Counted from the first letter of the stretch, positions 35,512 to 44,495 are shown. The stretch: 64,000 bases of DNA from an uncultured Myxococcales bacterium (GCA_964494475.1 CAZBRS010000001.1:94029-158028), one strand, 5' to 3'. A program made the numbers and translations. Notes: generated by a model not told the origin, from the sequence alone.

Positions 35512-38400
35512 TCAGGGGACCACGCGCCAGCACGCCTCGGCGGCGTCCTTCACGTCGGCCTCGACGCGGTGCAGCGGGTGCGTCTGGTTCGTGGCCCACA
35601 GATCGAACAGATCCTTGTAGTGGGGCGCGCCGAAGTTGCCGTTCTCGCCGCCGGGGAGGGCCACGTTGGCCGTCACGCCGTCGGCCGTGCACTCGAACAC
35701 GTTGCGGATGGCCGGGCCGTTCGAGAAGTTGAAGCGCGTGTCCGAGAGGCCGGGGTGGCAGGCATCGACCACCTCGTTGTCGCCGGAGCGCGGGTAGCCC
35801 TCGGGGAAGGCGCTCTCGGACGGGATGTTGGCCTCGCCGCCCAGCGAGTGCTTCAGCGTCACGGTGTGCAGCTTGCCCCACAGCCACTGGCTCATGTCGT
35901 CGGTGCCGAAGCCGCCGCCCTTGGCGACGCCCACCAGCGCGGGGTCGGCCAGGAAGTTCAACGCCGCGTCGAGCGCGGTCAGCACCACCAGGTGCCGGTC
36001 TTCGATGGCCACGGTGTCGGGGTCGTCCCAGAGCGTGCTGTCTCCCAAGATCGCGTTGTAGGTCTTCAATCCCTCAGGCGCGTTGAACAGGTTCAGGAGG
36101 AACTTCTCCTCGACTCCCGTGTCGTACGGCATGACGCCCTTGTTCTCGAGCACGCCCTTGGCGACGAAGACCAGCCACGAGTTGAAGATCGAGGTCGCGA
36201 CGGCCGAGGCCTTCTGGCCGGCGGTGACGTCGTCGCCCACGCCGCTCTCGGCCTGGAAGTCCCAGGCCGCCAGGCGGTCGCGCGCGGCCTTGATGTTCTC
36301 GGTGGCGAAGGGCGCGTAGGCGGGGTTCACGTCGGGGTTTCGGGCGGCGGCCTTTTCGGCGGCCTCGACGGCGGCCACGATGTGCCCGGTCAGGCGGCGC
36401 CCCAGGGGGGACAGGTGGTCGGACTGCAGGGCCGCCATGCCCGCCGCGTCGAGCTTGCCGCCGTTGGCCAGCGCGGCGTCGAAGAGCTCGCGGAGGCGGT
36501 GGGCGCGCAGGCCGTTGGCGAAGCCGTAGCCCTGGTAGGTCGGGTCGTTCAGCGGGTCGCCATCGACCGTGTGCCCCAGCGAGTCGCCGTTGGCCGTGAT
36601 GACGAAGCCCTGCGCGGGATCGACCGCGTGCGGCATCTGGTCGAGGGGCACGAAGCCCTCCCACTCGCAGCATCCGTCGCCGGGGAAGGGCAGCCATGGC
36701 GGGTTGGCCACGGGAGGGGTCTTCAGGTTGGCGCGGATGGGGGCCCGCACGTAGGCCGAGTACGCGATGTGGCCGTTCACGTCGCCGTAGACCCAGTTCT
36801 GGGCGCCCACGCCGAAGTGCGAGGTGGCCGCCAGGAAGTCGGCGGGCGTCTTCATCTTCATGAGGCCGTAGACCGTGACCAACTCCTCGGTGGGCTCGAA
36901 GCCCGTCCACTTCCAGGTCAGGGCGATGGGGTCGCCTGCCAGGTCGGTGCCCTTCGAGCCGGGGATGACCGGCCCGTGGTGAGGCACCACCTCGAGGTGG
37001 ACGGTCAACTTGCAGCGCCCGTCGACCTCGGCGAGGTCGTAGGTGGTGCCCTTGATGAAGTCGTTCAGCCACGCCTCGCAGCCGCCCTCGGCCGGCTTGC
37101 CGTACTCGAGCACCTCGTCGCGCACCTCGACGGCCACCTGGTTGCCCTTGAAGAGCACCGTCGAGGGCGCGCCGGCCGTCCACTTCTCGACGTACACGTC
37201 GGTCACGTCGGTGTAGTAGACGGTGGCGCCCCAAGCCGCTACGCCGTTCGAGCCGAGGATGATGCCGGGGATGCCCGGGAAGCACACGCCGGCCAGGTCG
37301 AGGTCGCCGCCGGCCCTCGTGGTGTCGAGGTGCAGCTCGAAGAACACGGCGGGGTTCCGGAGGGCGAGGTGCGTGTCGTTGGCGACGATGGGCTGGCCGC
37401 TCGTCGTGTGCGCGCCCGCGACCGTCCAGTTGTTGCTGCCGAAGCCCGGCACGGAGAGTGCGCCCGGCTTCATGGGTACGGCGGCCAGGGCCTGGCGAAC
37501 GCCGCCGAGCCAGGTCGGGTCGAGGTGACGGTAGAACGAGCCCTGCAGGTAGTCGGCGCGGAGGCCGGGCCCCCGGCGCAGGTCGTCGGTGGGCAGCGGC
37601 GTGGTCGGTTCGGCCGGCGCGATGGGGTACAGGTCGTCCTGGATGCCTGCGAAGTCGGTGCCCGTGAACTTGGCCTGCAGTTCGAGCATGCGCTGCATGC
37701 GCTCGATCTTGTCGCCGTTGCTCTCGAAGGCGAGGTCCCAACTCTGCAGGCGCCCAATCACCAGCGAGTCGACGGGGCTCCAGGGCTCGATCTCGCCGAG
37801 GAACGCCCACTCGAGCGGCTCGTCGACCTTGCGGGCCTTGACGGCGTCGATGTAGGCGTTGACGCCCGCGGCGAACGCCTCGAGCATGGCCTTCACTTCG
37901 GGCTGCCCGGCCTGGATTTCGGCCCACATCTGTTCGGACACGCGGCGCATTCCGAGCACGCGGAAGTAGACGTCGGTGGCCAGGTCCGAGGCGGCCGCGG
38001 CGGGCACCGACGCGAAGTTGCCGCTCGCGATGCGGCGCATGCCGTGCATCTGGATGAAGCGGTGCCGCGCGACCACGAAGCCCTCGGCGCGCCAGAGGTC
38101 GGGCTCGTTGGCCGCGAACACGTGCGGTACGCCCCAGTTGTCGAGCACGATCTCGACCGGCGCCTGCAGCCCGGTGATCGGATAGACCTTCGAGGCCTCG
38201 ATGCTGCCGAGGCACGTGCCGAGGGGCTCCTGCTGGTCGGGTTGGCCCGGATCGGCCACCGTGTCGACCGCGTCGATCGCCACGTCGGTGGCCTCGCTCG
38301 CGGTGTCGGTCGCGACGTCGTCACTGGACGAGCCGCCGCCACACGCCACCATCAGCGCGCCCAAGGCCACCACGAACACGAACATGCTCCGGTGCTTCAT
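35512..38400 (-). CDS. Penicillin/N-acyl-homoserine-lactone acylase family (Ntn-hydrolase S45) lipoprotein
   Basis: Lipoprotein signal MKHRSMFVFVVALGALMVACGG with G-rich RBS. S45 hallmarks: GVPHVFAANEPDLWRAEGFVVARHRFIQM, and SNNW (Ntn Ser of the beta subunit) in VPGFGSNNWTVAGAHTTSGQPIVANDTHL. 963 aa. Confidence 0.85.
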   Translation of the reverse strand: MKHRSMFVFVVALGALMVACGGGSSSDDVATDTASEATDVAIDAVDTVADPGQPDQQEPLGTCLGSIEASKVYPITGLQAPVEIVLDNWGVPHVFAANEPDLWRAEGFVVARHRFIQMHGMRRIASGNFASVPAAAASDLATDVYFRVLGMRRVSEQMWAEIQAGQPEVKAMLEAFAAGVNAYIDAVKARKVDEPLEWAFLGEIEPWSPVDSLVIGRLQSWDLAFESNGDKIERMQRMLELQAKFTGTDFAGIQDDLYPIAPAEPTTPLPTDDLRRGPGLRADYLQGSFYRHLDPTWLGGVRQALAAVPMKPGALSVPGFGSNNWTVAGAHTTSGQPIVANDTHLALRNPAVFFELHLDTTRAGGDLDLAGVCFPGIPGIILGSNGVAAWGATVYYTDVTDVYVEKWTAGAPSTVLFKGNQVAVEVRDEVLEYGKPAEGGCEAWLNDFIKGTTYDLAEVDGRCKLTVHLEVVPHHGPVIPGSKGTDLAGDPIALTWKWTGFEPTEELVTVYGLMKMKTPADFLAATSHFGVGAQNWVYGDVNGHIAYSAYVRAPIRANLKTPPVANPPWLPFPGDGCCEWEGFVPLDQMPHAVDPAQGFVITANGDSLGHTVDGDPLNDPTYQGYGFANGLRAHRLRELFDAALANGGKLDAAGMAALQSDHLSPLGRRLTGHIVAAVEAAEKAAARNPDVNPAYAPFATENIKAARDRLAAWDFQAESGVGDDVTAGQKASAVATSIFNSWLVFVAKGVLENKGVMPYDTGVEEKFLLNLFNAPEGLKTYNAILGDSTLWDDPDTVAIEDRHLVVLTALDAALNFLADPALVGVAKGGGFGTDDMSQWLWGKLHTVTLKHSLGGEANIPSESAFPEGYPRSGDNEVVDACHPGLSDTRFNFSNGPAIRNVFECTADGVTANVALPGGENGNFGAPHYKDLFDLWATNQTHPLHRVEADVKDAAEACWRVVP

Positions 38401-38638
38401 GCTCCCCCCCCCGAGAAGTGAACTCTGTCGATGTCGATAGGGTAGGTCAATCCGGGGGTGCTCGTCAACGGCGCAGTCCCTGCGGGCGCGCCCCGCGCGT
38501 GCCCGGACGACCCTGACCTTGAAAAGTTTTCCCGATCTGCCGATTTGCGTCGCCGCTTCGCGGCACCTCGGTCCCGCGAGAGCCGCGCCGGAACCTGGAA
38601 CCGTCGGACCCGGGCGCGGTTTCTGGCGGTCCCCCATG

Positions 38639-38654
38639 GGGTATGAATTTTGCA
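38639..38654 (+). promoter_or_regulatory. Candidate sigma54 promoter (GG-N10-GC spacing; gGGtat-N5-TTGCA) upstream of the IPTL-CTERM gene
   Basis: GG at 38640-38641 and TTGCA at 38650-38654 with correct -24/-12 spacing. The start codon is 38 nt downstream. The -24 element is imperfect. Confidence 0.25.
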
Positions 38655-38691
38655 TGAATGGCGCGTCGTAAACGGCCTCATCGAGGTGTCC

Positions 38692-40419
38692 ATGAAGCGA
38701 GTTGCGTTGTTCCTGGTGGTCCTGGCGACCGCCGCGCCGGCCCAGGCCCAGAACTGGCTCTTCCGCGGCAGCCACGGCTCCGAGGCGGGTGCCGTCGACT
38801 GGGACTGCGGGTCGGCGTTGAATCAGGTCTCGGGGCTCGTGACGCGCCAGTGGGTCTGGAGCGGCTCGACGGCCGGGGCTTACGAGTTCAAGGTCGAGAC
38901 CTCGGCGTGCGACTGGTCCGTCGCCTATGGCGGCGGAACCGCGTGCGCGACCGGCGCCGTGTGCTCCCTGCCGTCGGGCGGTGGCAACGCGACGTGGTCG
39001 GCCTCGGGCGGAAAGACCTACACCGTGAACGCCCGGCAGAACGGCGGCAACGTCGACGTGGCCATCTGGGAGACCGCGGGCGCCGCGGCCAACATCCTGT
39101 CGGTCGCTCAGAACACGCCCGCGGGCACCGTCGATCCCGGAACGCCGGTCACGATCCGCGTGACCACCCAGGCGTTGCCGGGCGACCAGGTGGTCTACGT
39201 GCGCTGGACCGCCGACGGCTGGACCTCGTCCACCATCGTCAAGGCGGCGAACACCAGCGCCACGCTGCACGACGCCGTCATCGCCGTGCCCGCCTTCGCC
39301 GACGCCAAGGAAGGCAACGACATCGCGTACTACGCGTTCGTGTCGGCCAAGACCGATCTCGACGTGAACCCGATCGACCCCGATCTGGCGTTCCTGACCA
39401 TCAACACGAACGGCGGCGTGAACTACGCGCTCAACGTGTACAATCTGGCCAACGCGTGGCACCACCCCGACTGGGCCGAGCCCACGGGCGTGCTCACCAT
39501 GCGCAACCCCAAGGACGTCGACGCGAGCGACGCCAACGTCACGATCTACAACGGCATCCAGTTCCAGGGCGTGGGCCGCTCCAGCAACCAGACCCTGCTC
39601 AAGCTGCACTACAAGAAGGGCGCGGCGGGCTGGGCCGTGCTGCAGACGCTCGACGCCGACGTGTTCTTCGACAAGGAGGAGGGCAACAACAAGTACTGGC
39701 GCGCCGTGCTGCCCGGGCCGTTCACGGCCGGCCAGGACGTGCGCTACGTGCTCGAGATCGACTGCTCGGATCGCGACCCGACCTACCTCTTCGGCGGCGT
39801 GGCCGGCACCAACACGCTCACGGGCGATCTCGCCACGGCCAAGTCGCTGGCCCCGGCCGTCAACCCCTGGTCGTTCAGCGTGCAGGTGGTGCTCGGTGCC
39901 GGCTACCACACGCCCTCCGCGTCCGAGCCGGCCGGCCAGACCATGCGCAAGCCCCTGGCGCCCGACGCGCGCGTCGACCCCAGCGTCAAGGTGTGGTTCG
40001 CCGAGCCCGACGCCAGCGCGAACGACCCCGTGACCTTCGTCAAGGTGTTCTACAGCTTCGACGGGTCCACGTGGACCGACTCGGGCAACCTCACGACCAT
40101 CACCCTCGACGACCAGGGCGGCAAGGACTACTACTCCTACGACATCCCCATCGCCGACAAGAAGGACGGCACCATCCTCCGGTACTACTTCTTCGTGCAG
40201 TACGACGCGGTGGCGCTCGACTCGTACTTCTACTGGGACGGTTCGGCGAGCGCGGTCACCCAGACCGAGGCCACGGCCAAGGCCGGGGCGTTCTCTGTGG
40301 TGCTGGCCGGCGCGCCCATCCCCACGCTCTCGGAGTGGGCGATGATCGTCGCCCTGTTCCTCATGGCCGCGGTGGCCTGGCGCGAAATCCGTCGGCGGGG
40401 GTTCCATACGGCCGCGTGA
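38692..40419 (+). CDS. Secreted protein with C-terminal IPTL-CTERM-type sorting signal (575 aa)
   Basis: GAGGTG RBS. Signal peptide MKRVALFLVVLATAAPAQAQ. C-terminus PIPTLSEWAMIVALFLMAAVAWREIRRR has the IPTLSEW motif, a TM helix and an Arg cluster. Body is beta-rich, Asn/Thr/Trp-rich, of unknown family. Confidence 0.75.
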   Translation: MKRVALFLVVLATAAPAQAQNWLFRGSHGSEAGAVDWDCGSALNQVSGLVTRQWVWSGSTAGAYEFKVETSACDWSVAYGGGTACATGAVCSLPSGGGNATWSASGGKTYTVNARQNGGNVDVAIWETAGAAANILSVAQNTPAGTVDPGTPVTIRVTTQALPGDQVVYVRWTADGWTSSTIVKAANTSATLHDAVIAVPAFADAKEGNDIAYYAFVSAKTDLDVNPIDPDLAFLTINTNGGVNYALNVYNLANAWHHPDWAEPTGVLTMRNPKDVDASDANVTIYNGIQFQGVGRSSNQTLLKLHYKKGAAGWAVLQTLDADVFFDKEEGNNKYWRAVLPGPFTAGQDVRYVLEIDCSDRDPTYLFGGVAGTNTLTGDLATAKSLAPAVNPWSFSVQVVLGAGYHTPSASEPAGQTMRKPLAPDARVDPSVKVWFAEPDASANDPVTFVKVFYSFDGSTWTDSGNLTTITLDDQGGKDYYSYDIPIADKKDGTILRYYFFVQYDAVALDSYFYWDGSASAVTQTEATAKAGAFSVVLAGAPIPTLSEWAMIVALFLMAAVAWREIRRRGFHTAA

Positions 40420-40434
40420 AACTCACGGTGCGCG

Positions 40435-40464
40435 GGGGCGTGACCTTCCCCGAGGTCACGCCCC
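40435..40464 (+). terminator. Perfect 11-bp inverted repeat hairpin (GGGGCGTGACC-N8-GGTCACGCCCC) between the IPTL-CTERM gene and the next gene
   Basis: Read directly. It is followed by a C/T-rich tract (ctccctcctccctctcc) and no U-run, so it could be a factor-dependent or GC-type terminator, or a regulatory hairpin. Confidence 0.35.
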
Positions 40465-40492
40465 CTCCCTCCTCCCTCTCCGGAAGCCGCCC

Positions 40493-41335
40493 ATGAAGTT
40501 CGCCTGTCCGCGCTGCCGCCGCGTGAGCGCCGGGGCCTTGGTGGTTCGCGAGCTCGTGCCCGACGGGGCGCGGTGGCGTTGTCCCGATCCCGCCTGCGGT
40601 GCCGTCTACGACGTGCACGAGGGCATCGCCGTCCTTTTCCGACGGGCGCCCGAGTCCTGGGGCGATCCCGCGCTCGCGGAGCGCCTGGCCGCGGCCTACG
40701 CCGAGTCCTGGCGGGGGCAGGGCTGGCCCAACGGGGTGAGGGAGCGCCTCGAGCGGCTGCTCGCCGGGCTCCCGCAGGGCGGGGCGGCCCTCGATCTCTG
40801 CGGCGGCACCGGCGAGGCGGCGAGGCGCCTGCTCCGGCGCTTCGACGAAGTGGTGCTGCAGGACGCGTGGCTGCCCCTGCTCTGCGCCGGCCTGGCGGCG
40901 TGGCCCGCGAGCGAGCGCGCGCGGGTGTCGGTCGTCTGCGGTGACGCGCTCGACCCGCCCCTGTTCGCGGAGCGCTTCGACCTCGTGTACCTGGGAGCCG
41001 CCCTCGACAGCGTGCGCGATCCTTGGCTGCTGCTCGGCCAGGCCGACGCCCTGCTCGCGCCCGGAGGCTTGCTGGTGGCGGCCACCCCCTTCGCCTGGGA
41101 CGACGCCGTCACGCCCCCGGAGGCGCAGATCGACGGCCCCGAAGCGCTGCGCGCGGCGTTGACCGGTGGCGTGGCGGGGCTGGAGCACCTGGCGTACCAG
41201 GTCGTCGAGTCGGCCGACGGACTTCCATGGAACCTGCGCCGCGACGCGCGCAGCGTGACGTGCTTCAGCGTGGACTGGGTGGTGGCGAGGAAGATCGCGA
41301 CGTCGGACCCGAATGGCGACCCCAACGGGATTTGA
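40493..41335 (+). CDS. Class I SAM-dependent methyltransferase with N-terminal Cys4 zinc-ribbon (Trm112-like) segment
   Basis: GGAAG RBS. CPRC...CPDPAC zinc ribbon. Motif I LDLCGGTGEAARRL. The 3' end overlaps tRNA-Glu by 22 bp, so the true stop may lie earlier. Confidence 0.6.
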   Translation: MKFACPRCRRVSAGALVVRELVPDGARWRCPDPACGAVYDVHEGIAVLFRRAPESWGDPALAERLAAAYAESWRGQGWPNGVRERLERLLAGLPQGGAALDLCGGTGEAARRLLRRFDEVVLQDAWLPLLCAGLAAWPASERARVSVVCGDALDPPLFAERFDLVYLGAALDSVRDPWLLLGQADALLAPGGLLVAATPFAWDDAVTPPEAQIDGPEALRAALTGGVAGLEHLAYQVVESADGLPWNLRRDARSVTCFSVDWVVARKIATSDPNGDPNGI

Positions 41336-41390
41336 ACCCGTGTTACCGGCGTGAAAGGCCGGTGTCCTGACCGGGCTGGACGATGGGGTC
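41314..41390 (-). tRNA. tRNA-Glu (anticodon TTC), CCA encoded
   Basis: Minus-strand sequence GACCCCATCGTCCAGCCCGGTCAGGACACCGGCCTTTCACGCCGGTAACACGGGTTCAAATCCCGTTGGGGTCGCCA. Cloverleaf with anticodon loop CUUUCAC and 7-bp acceptor stem. Confidence 0.9.
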
Positions 41391-41405
41391 GAGCAACGCG
41401 TTTCG

Positions 41406-41478
41406 TGAGCCGCGCGAGGATTGAACTCGCGACCACCGGATTAAAAGTCCGGTGCTCTACCATCTGAGCTAGCGGCCC
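41406..41478 (-). tRNA. tRNA-Lys (anticodon TTT)
   Basis: Minus-strand sequence GGGCCGCTAGCTCAGATGGTAGAGCACCGGACTTTTAATCCGGTGGTCGCGAGTTCAATCCTCGCGCGGCTCA. Anticodon loop CUUUUAA. No encoded CCA. Confidence 0.9.
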
Positions 41479-41585
41479 AACGCTGCCGGCTGCGCGAACG
41501 CAGGGCGCATTGTGCGGACAGGGGCGCCGCTTGTCAAGCGAAGGAAGCTGTTTACCGAGGAATCTTTGGCAGGATCCGGGAAGAA

Positions 41586-44495
41586 CTAGGAGCGACGCCG
41601 CCGGACGGCGAGCGCCACGAGCGAAGCGAGTCCGAGGAGCGCGGGGGCCAGGCCGCCCGCCGAGGTCACGCCGGCTACGGTGCACGAGCCTCCGCCACCG
41701 TCGCGGATGGGCTTGCCGCCCGTGCTCGTGTCGTCGTCGGTGACGTCGAGGCCGATGGTCGCGTCGCCGTCGACCACCTCACCGGTCGGGCCCTTGCAGA
41801 GGCCGTCTTCGCAGCTCTGGCCGCTGGGGCAATCGCCGCACGAGACTCCGCAGCCGTCGTCGCCGCACACGCGGCCGGCGCACGAGCAGGTGAGCGCCAC
41901 GCACTGGCCGGCCTCGCAGGTCTCGTTCGTGCCGCAGGCCACCGTCACGCGGTCGTAGCAGCCGTCGCCGCCCTGCGCGCACGTGTACTTCTGGGTGTTG
42001 CTGTCGAGGCAGCCGGTCTCGCCCGCCGCGCACTCGTTGGTGCAGGTGGGCTCGCCGGTGCACACGCCGGCCTCGCAGGTCTGGCCGGCGGCGCACAGGC
42101 CGCACGAGCCGCCGCAGCCGTCGGGGCCGCAGGCCTTGCCGGCGCACGAGGGCGTGCAGACGGTGCCCGCGCACTCGCGGGGGTTGGCGCCCGAGGGGTC
42201 GGCCGCGCCGTCGGTGCCGCAGTCGTAGAAGTTCTGCTCGGCCAGCCAGCCGCAGGAGGGGGACTGGCTGCAGTCGATGCTCTTCACCTGGTCGTTCTCG
42301 CAGTACCACAACACGCCTTCGGCGTCGCAGCAGCCCACGTCGGTCACGCTGCCGCACGCGGTGGCGGAGCACTGGCCCTGCACGCAGAACTGGCCGTTGG
42401 CGCAGTCGCCGCACGTGCCGCCGCAGCCGTCGTCGCCGCAGGCCTTGCCGTCGCAGTCGGGGGTGCACGCCACGCACGCGCCGTCGTCGCAGGCCTGGCC
42501 CTCACCGCAGGTACCGCACGAGCCGCCGCAGCCATCGGAGCCGCACACCTTGCCGGTGCAGTCGGCGGTGCAGGGGCCGCACGATTGCGGGTACTGGCCG
42601 GTGGCCTCGGCCGCGCCGGCGTTGTCGCACCAGTAGTAGCCCTCGCTCGCGAGCCAGCCGCACTTGGGCCCGTCGGCCCGGCCGGCCTGGGCGGCCTCGG
42701 GGCAGGGCACCTCGGCGATCTCGTTGTTCTCGCACCACTTCACCGTGTCGCCCTCGCAGCAGCCCTCGAAGGTGATGCCGCCGCAGGGGTCGGCGCCGCA
42801 CTGGCCGCTGACGCACGCCTGGCCCTCGGGGCAGTCGCCGCACGAGCCGCCGCAGCCGTCGGGGCCGCAGACCTTGCCCGTGCACGAGGGGGTGCACTCG
42901 CCGCAGGGGCGCTGGAACGTGCCCGACGGATCGGCCGCGGCCGTGTCGCCGCACCAGTAATAGCCACCCTCGCCATCCCAGCCGCACTGGGGACCGGGCG
43001 ACTGCGGGTTGGTGGCGCAGTCGACCTCCTGGACAGCGCCCTCCTCGCACCACTTGACCTTGGCGCCGTCGCAGCAGCCCTCGTAGGTGACGCCCTGGCA
43101 GGTGTCGGTGGTCTGGCCGCAGCTGCCGTCGGCCACGCACAGCCACTCGGGGCCGTGGCAGTCGGCGTCGGCGTCGCAGGCGCCGCTGTAGGCCCCCGCG
43201 ACCGCCACGCACGCGCCGTCGGTGCAGGTGCCGTCGGCGATCCAGCGGGCGATGGGCAGGTCCGGAATGGTGCGCGTGATGCAGTGGATGGCGCCCGACA
43301 GCGTGGAGATGTCGTCGGAGACGATGCCGATGTGGTCGTAGGTGGGCAGCGCGGTCTGCCACACGGCCAGGGCGTCGGCCTCGAGGTCCTTGTCGACCGT
43401 GTACATGGGCCACAGGTTGACGTTGTTGAAGAGCGTCGAGTTCAGGTAGGTGCGCGGCGTGGTGCCGTAGGTCGGATCCTGGAACGCGTTGGGGTGCGGC
43501 ATGCGGTAGACCGTCATGGCGCCGCCGCCCGGGACCGCCACGCCCTCGAGCAGCGTCTCGTTGTAGTTCATGTCGGCCCGGGCCGTGGGGTCCTGGGCCT
43601 GGGTGAACGAGCCGAGGATGACGGCGTCCTTCGCGATGAGCTTGAAGAACATGTCGATGTGGCCGGTGCCGTCGTTGTGGATGTCGCGGAGCACCACCAG
43701 GTTCTGGCACGCGGCGTACCGGTCGAGCAGGTCGTTGAGCTCGGCGGCGCTGAGGCCCGTGTTCTCGAGCTGACGCTCGGTGGTGTAGCAGGTGCCCAGG
43801 CCGTCGGCCTGGAAGTTGCCGCCCTCGAAGTCGAGGGGCATGCGGTAGACGGTGGCGCCCCAGAGCTCGCCCAGGCGCGACGGGACGGCGTCGTCCTCCT
43901 CGCGGCCGGGGTAGTACCGGAAGTCGAGCAGCGCCACGGTGTTGTCGTTGCTGATCAACGGGAAGGGCCCGAAGTCGATGGTCCAGAAGGCGCTGAGGTC
44001 GAGCTTGATGAACTCGACCTGCTGGCCCTCGCCGATGAACGCCGCGGGCACGCCGCCCGCCGTCAGCTTGTTGGTGAGCGCGGTCTTGGCGGCCGCTGTG
44101 TCGTGCAGCACCCACACCTTGCCGCCGTTCAGCGCGCCCAGGATGGTGTCGACCACCGTCTTGCTGATGGTCGCGTCGTTGACCAGCCCCGAGTCGTACG
44201 TGATGAGCATGCCCGACATGGGCTCCCACTCGGTCATGCCGCGGAACGTGCCCGCCGTGGGGGCCACCGTCTCTTCGAACCACTGCGGGTTGGCCGCCGC
44301 GAAGGCCGCGTCGGCCTTGTCGAGCCTCACCTTCTCCCACGGCAGCGCGTACGCGGGCAGCAGGTTGTGGAAGTTCGGCGTGTACGACGCGCTCGAAGCC
44401 CCCTTCAGGGGCACGGGCTCGCGACCGCACGAGAGCGCGACGAGGGCCAGCGCCATCAGGACGACGGGCGCCGCGAACGAACGGGGATCACGCAT
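41586..44495 (-). CDS. Agmatine deiminase / Porphyromonas-type peptidylarginine deiminase family enzyme fused to Cys-rich tandem repeats and a C-terminal MYXO-CTERM sorting signal
   Basis: GAGGAGG RBS. Lipoprotein-like signal (LVALSCG). Catalytic-Cys motif GAIHCITRT with GTGHIDMFFK upstream. Three tandem repeats of about 105 aa (GCCxGxxVxWC...CGW...YYWC, then CTxxCxGKxCGxDGCGGSCGxCxxGQxC). Tail GGGGSCTVAGVTSAGGLAPALLGLASLVALAVRRRRS. Confidence 0.85.
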   Translation of the reverse strand: MRDPRSFAAPVVLMALALVALSCGREPVPLKGASSASYTPNFHNLLPAYALPWEKVRLDKADAAFAAANPQWFEETVAPTAGTFRGMTEWEPMSGMLITYDSGLVNDATISKTVVDTILGALNGGKVWVLHDTAAAKTALTNKLTAGGVPAAFIGEGQQVEFIKLDLSAFWTIDFGPFPLISNDNTVALLDFRYYPGREEDDAVPSRLGELWGATVYRMPLDFEGGNFQADGLGTCYTTERQLENTGLSAAELNDLLDRYAACQNLVVLRDIHNDGTGHIDMFFKLIAKDAVILGSFTQAQDPTARADMNYNETLLEGVAVPGGGAMTVYRMPHPNAFQDPTYGTTPRTYLNSTLFNNVNLWPMYTVDKDLEADALAVWQTALPTYDHIGIVSDDISTLSGAIHCITRTIPDLPIARWIADGTCTDGACVAVAGAYSGACDADADCHGPEWLCVADGSCGQTTDTCQGVTYEGCCDGAKVKWCEEGAVQEVDCATNPQSPGPQCGWDGEGGYYWCGDTAAADPSGTFQRPCGECTPSCTGKVCGPDGCGGSCGDCPEGQACVSGQCGADPCGGITFEGCCEGDTVKWCENNEIAEVPCPEAAQAGRADGPKCGWLASEGYYWCDNAGAAEATGQYPQSCGPCTADCTGKVCGSDGCGGSCGTCGEGQACDDGACVACTPDCDGKACGDDGCGGTCGDCANGQFCVQGQCSATACGSVTDVGCCDAEGVLWYCENDQVKSIDCSQSPSCGWLAEQNFYDCGTDGAADPSGANPRECAGTVCTPSCAGKACGPDGCGGSCGLCAAGQTCEAGVCTGEPTCTNECAAGETGCLDSNTQKYTCAQGGDGCYDRVTVACGTNETCEAGQCVALTCSCAGRVCGDDGCGVSCGDCPSGQSCEDGLCKGPTGEVVDGDATIGLDVTDDDTSTGGKPIRDGGGGSCTVAGVTSAGGLAPALLGLASLVALAVRRRRS

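Noticed and set aside
35569-38421. 950-aa plus-strand ORF
   Set aside because: It is antisense to the S45 acylase gene and has no motifs. The acylase frame has a lipobox signal and SNNW.
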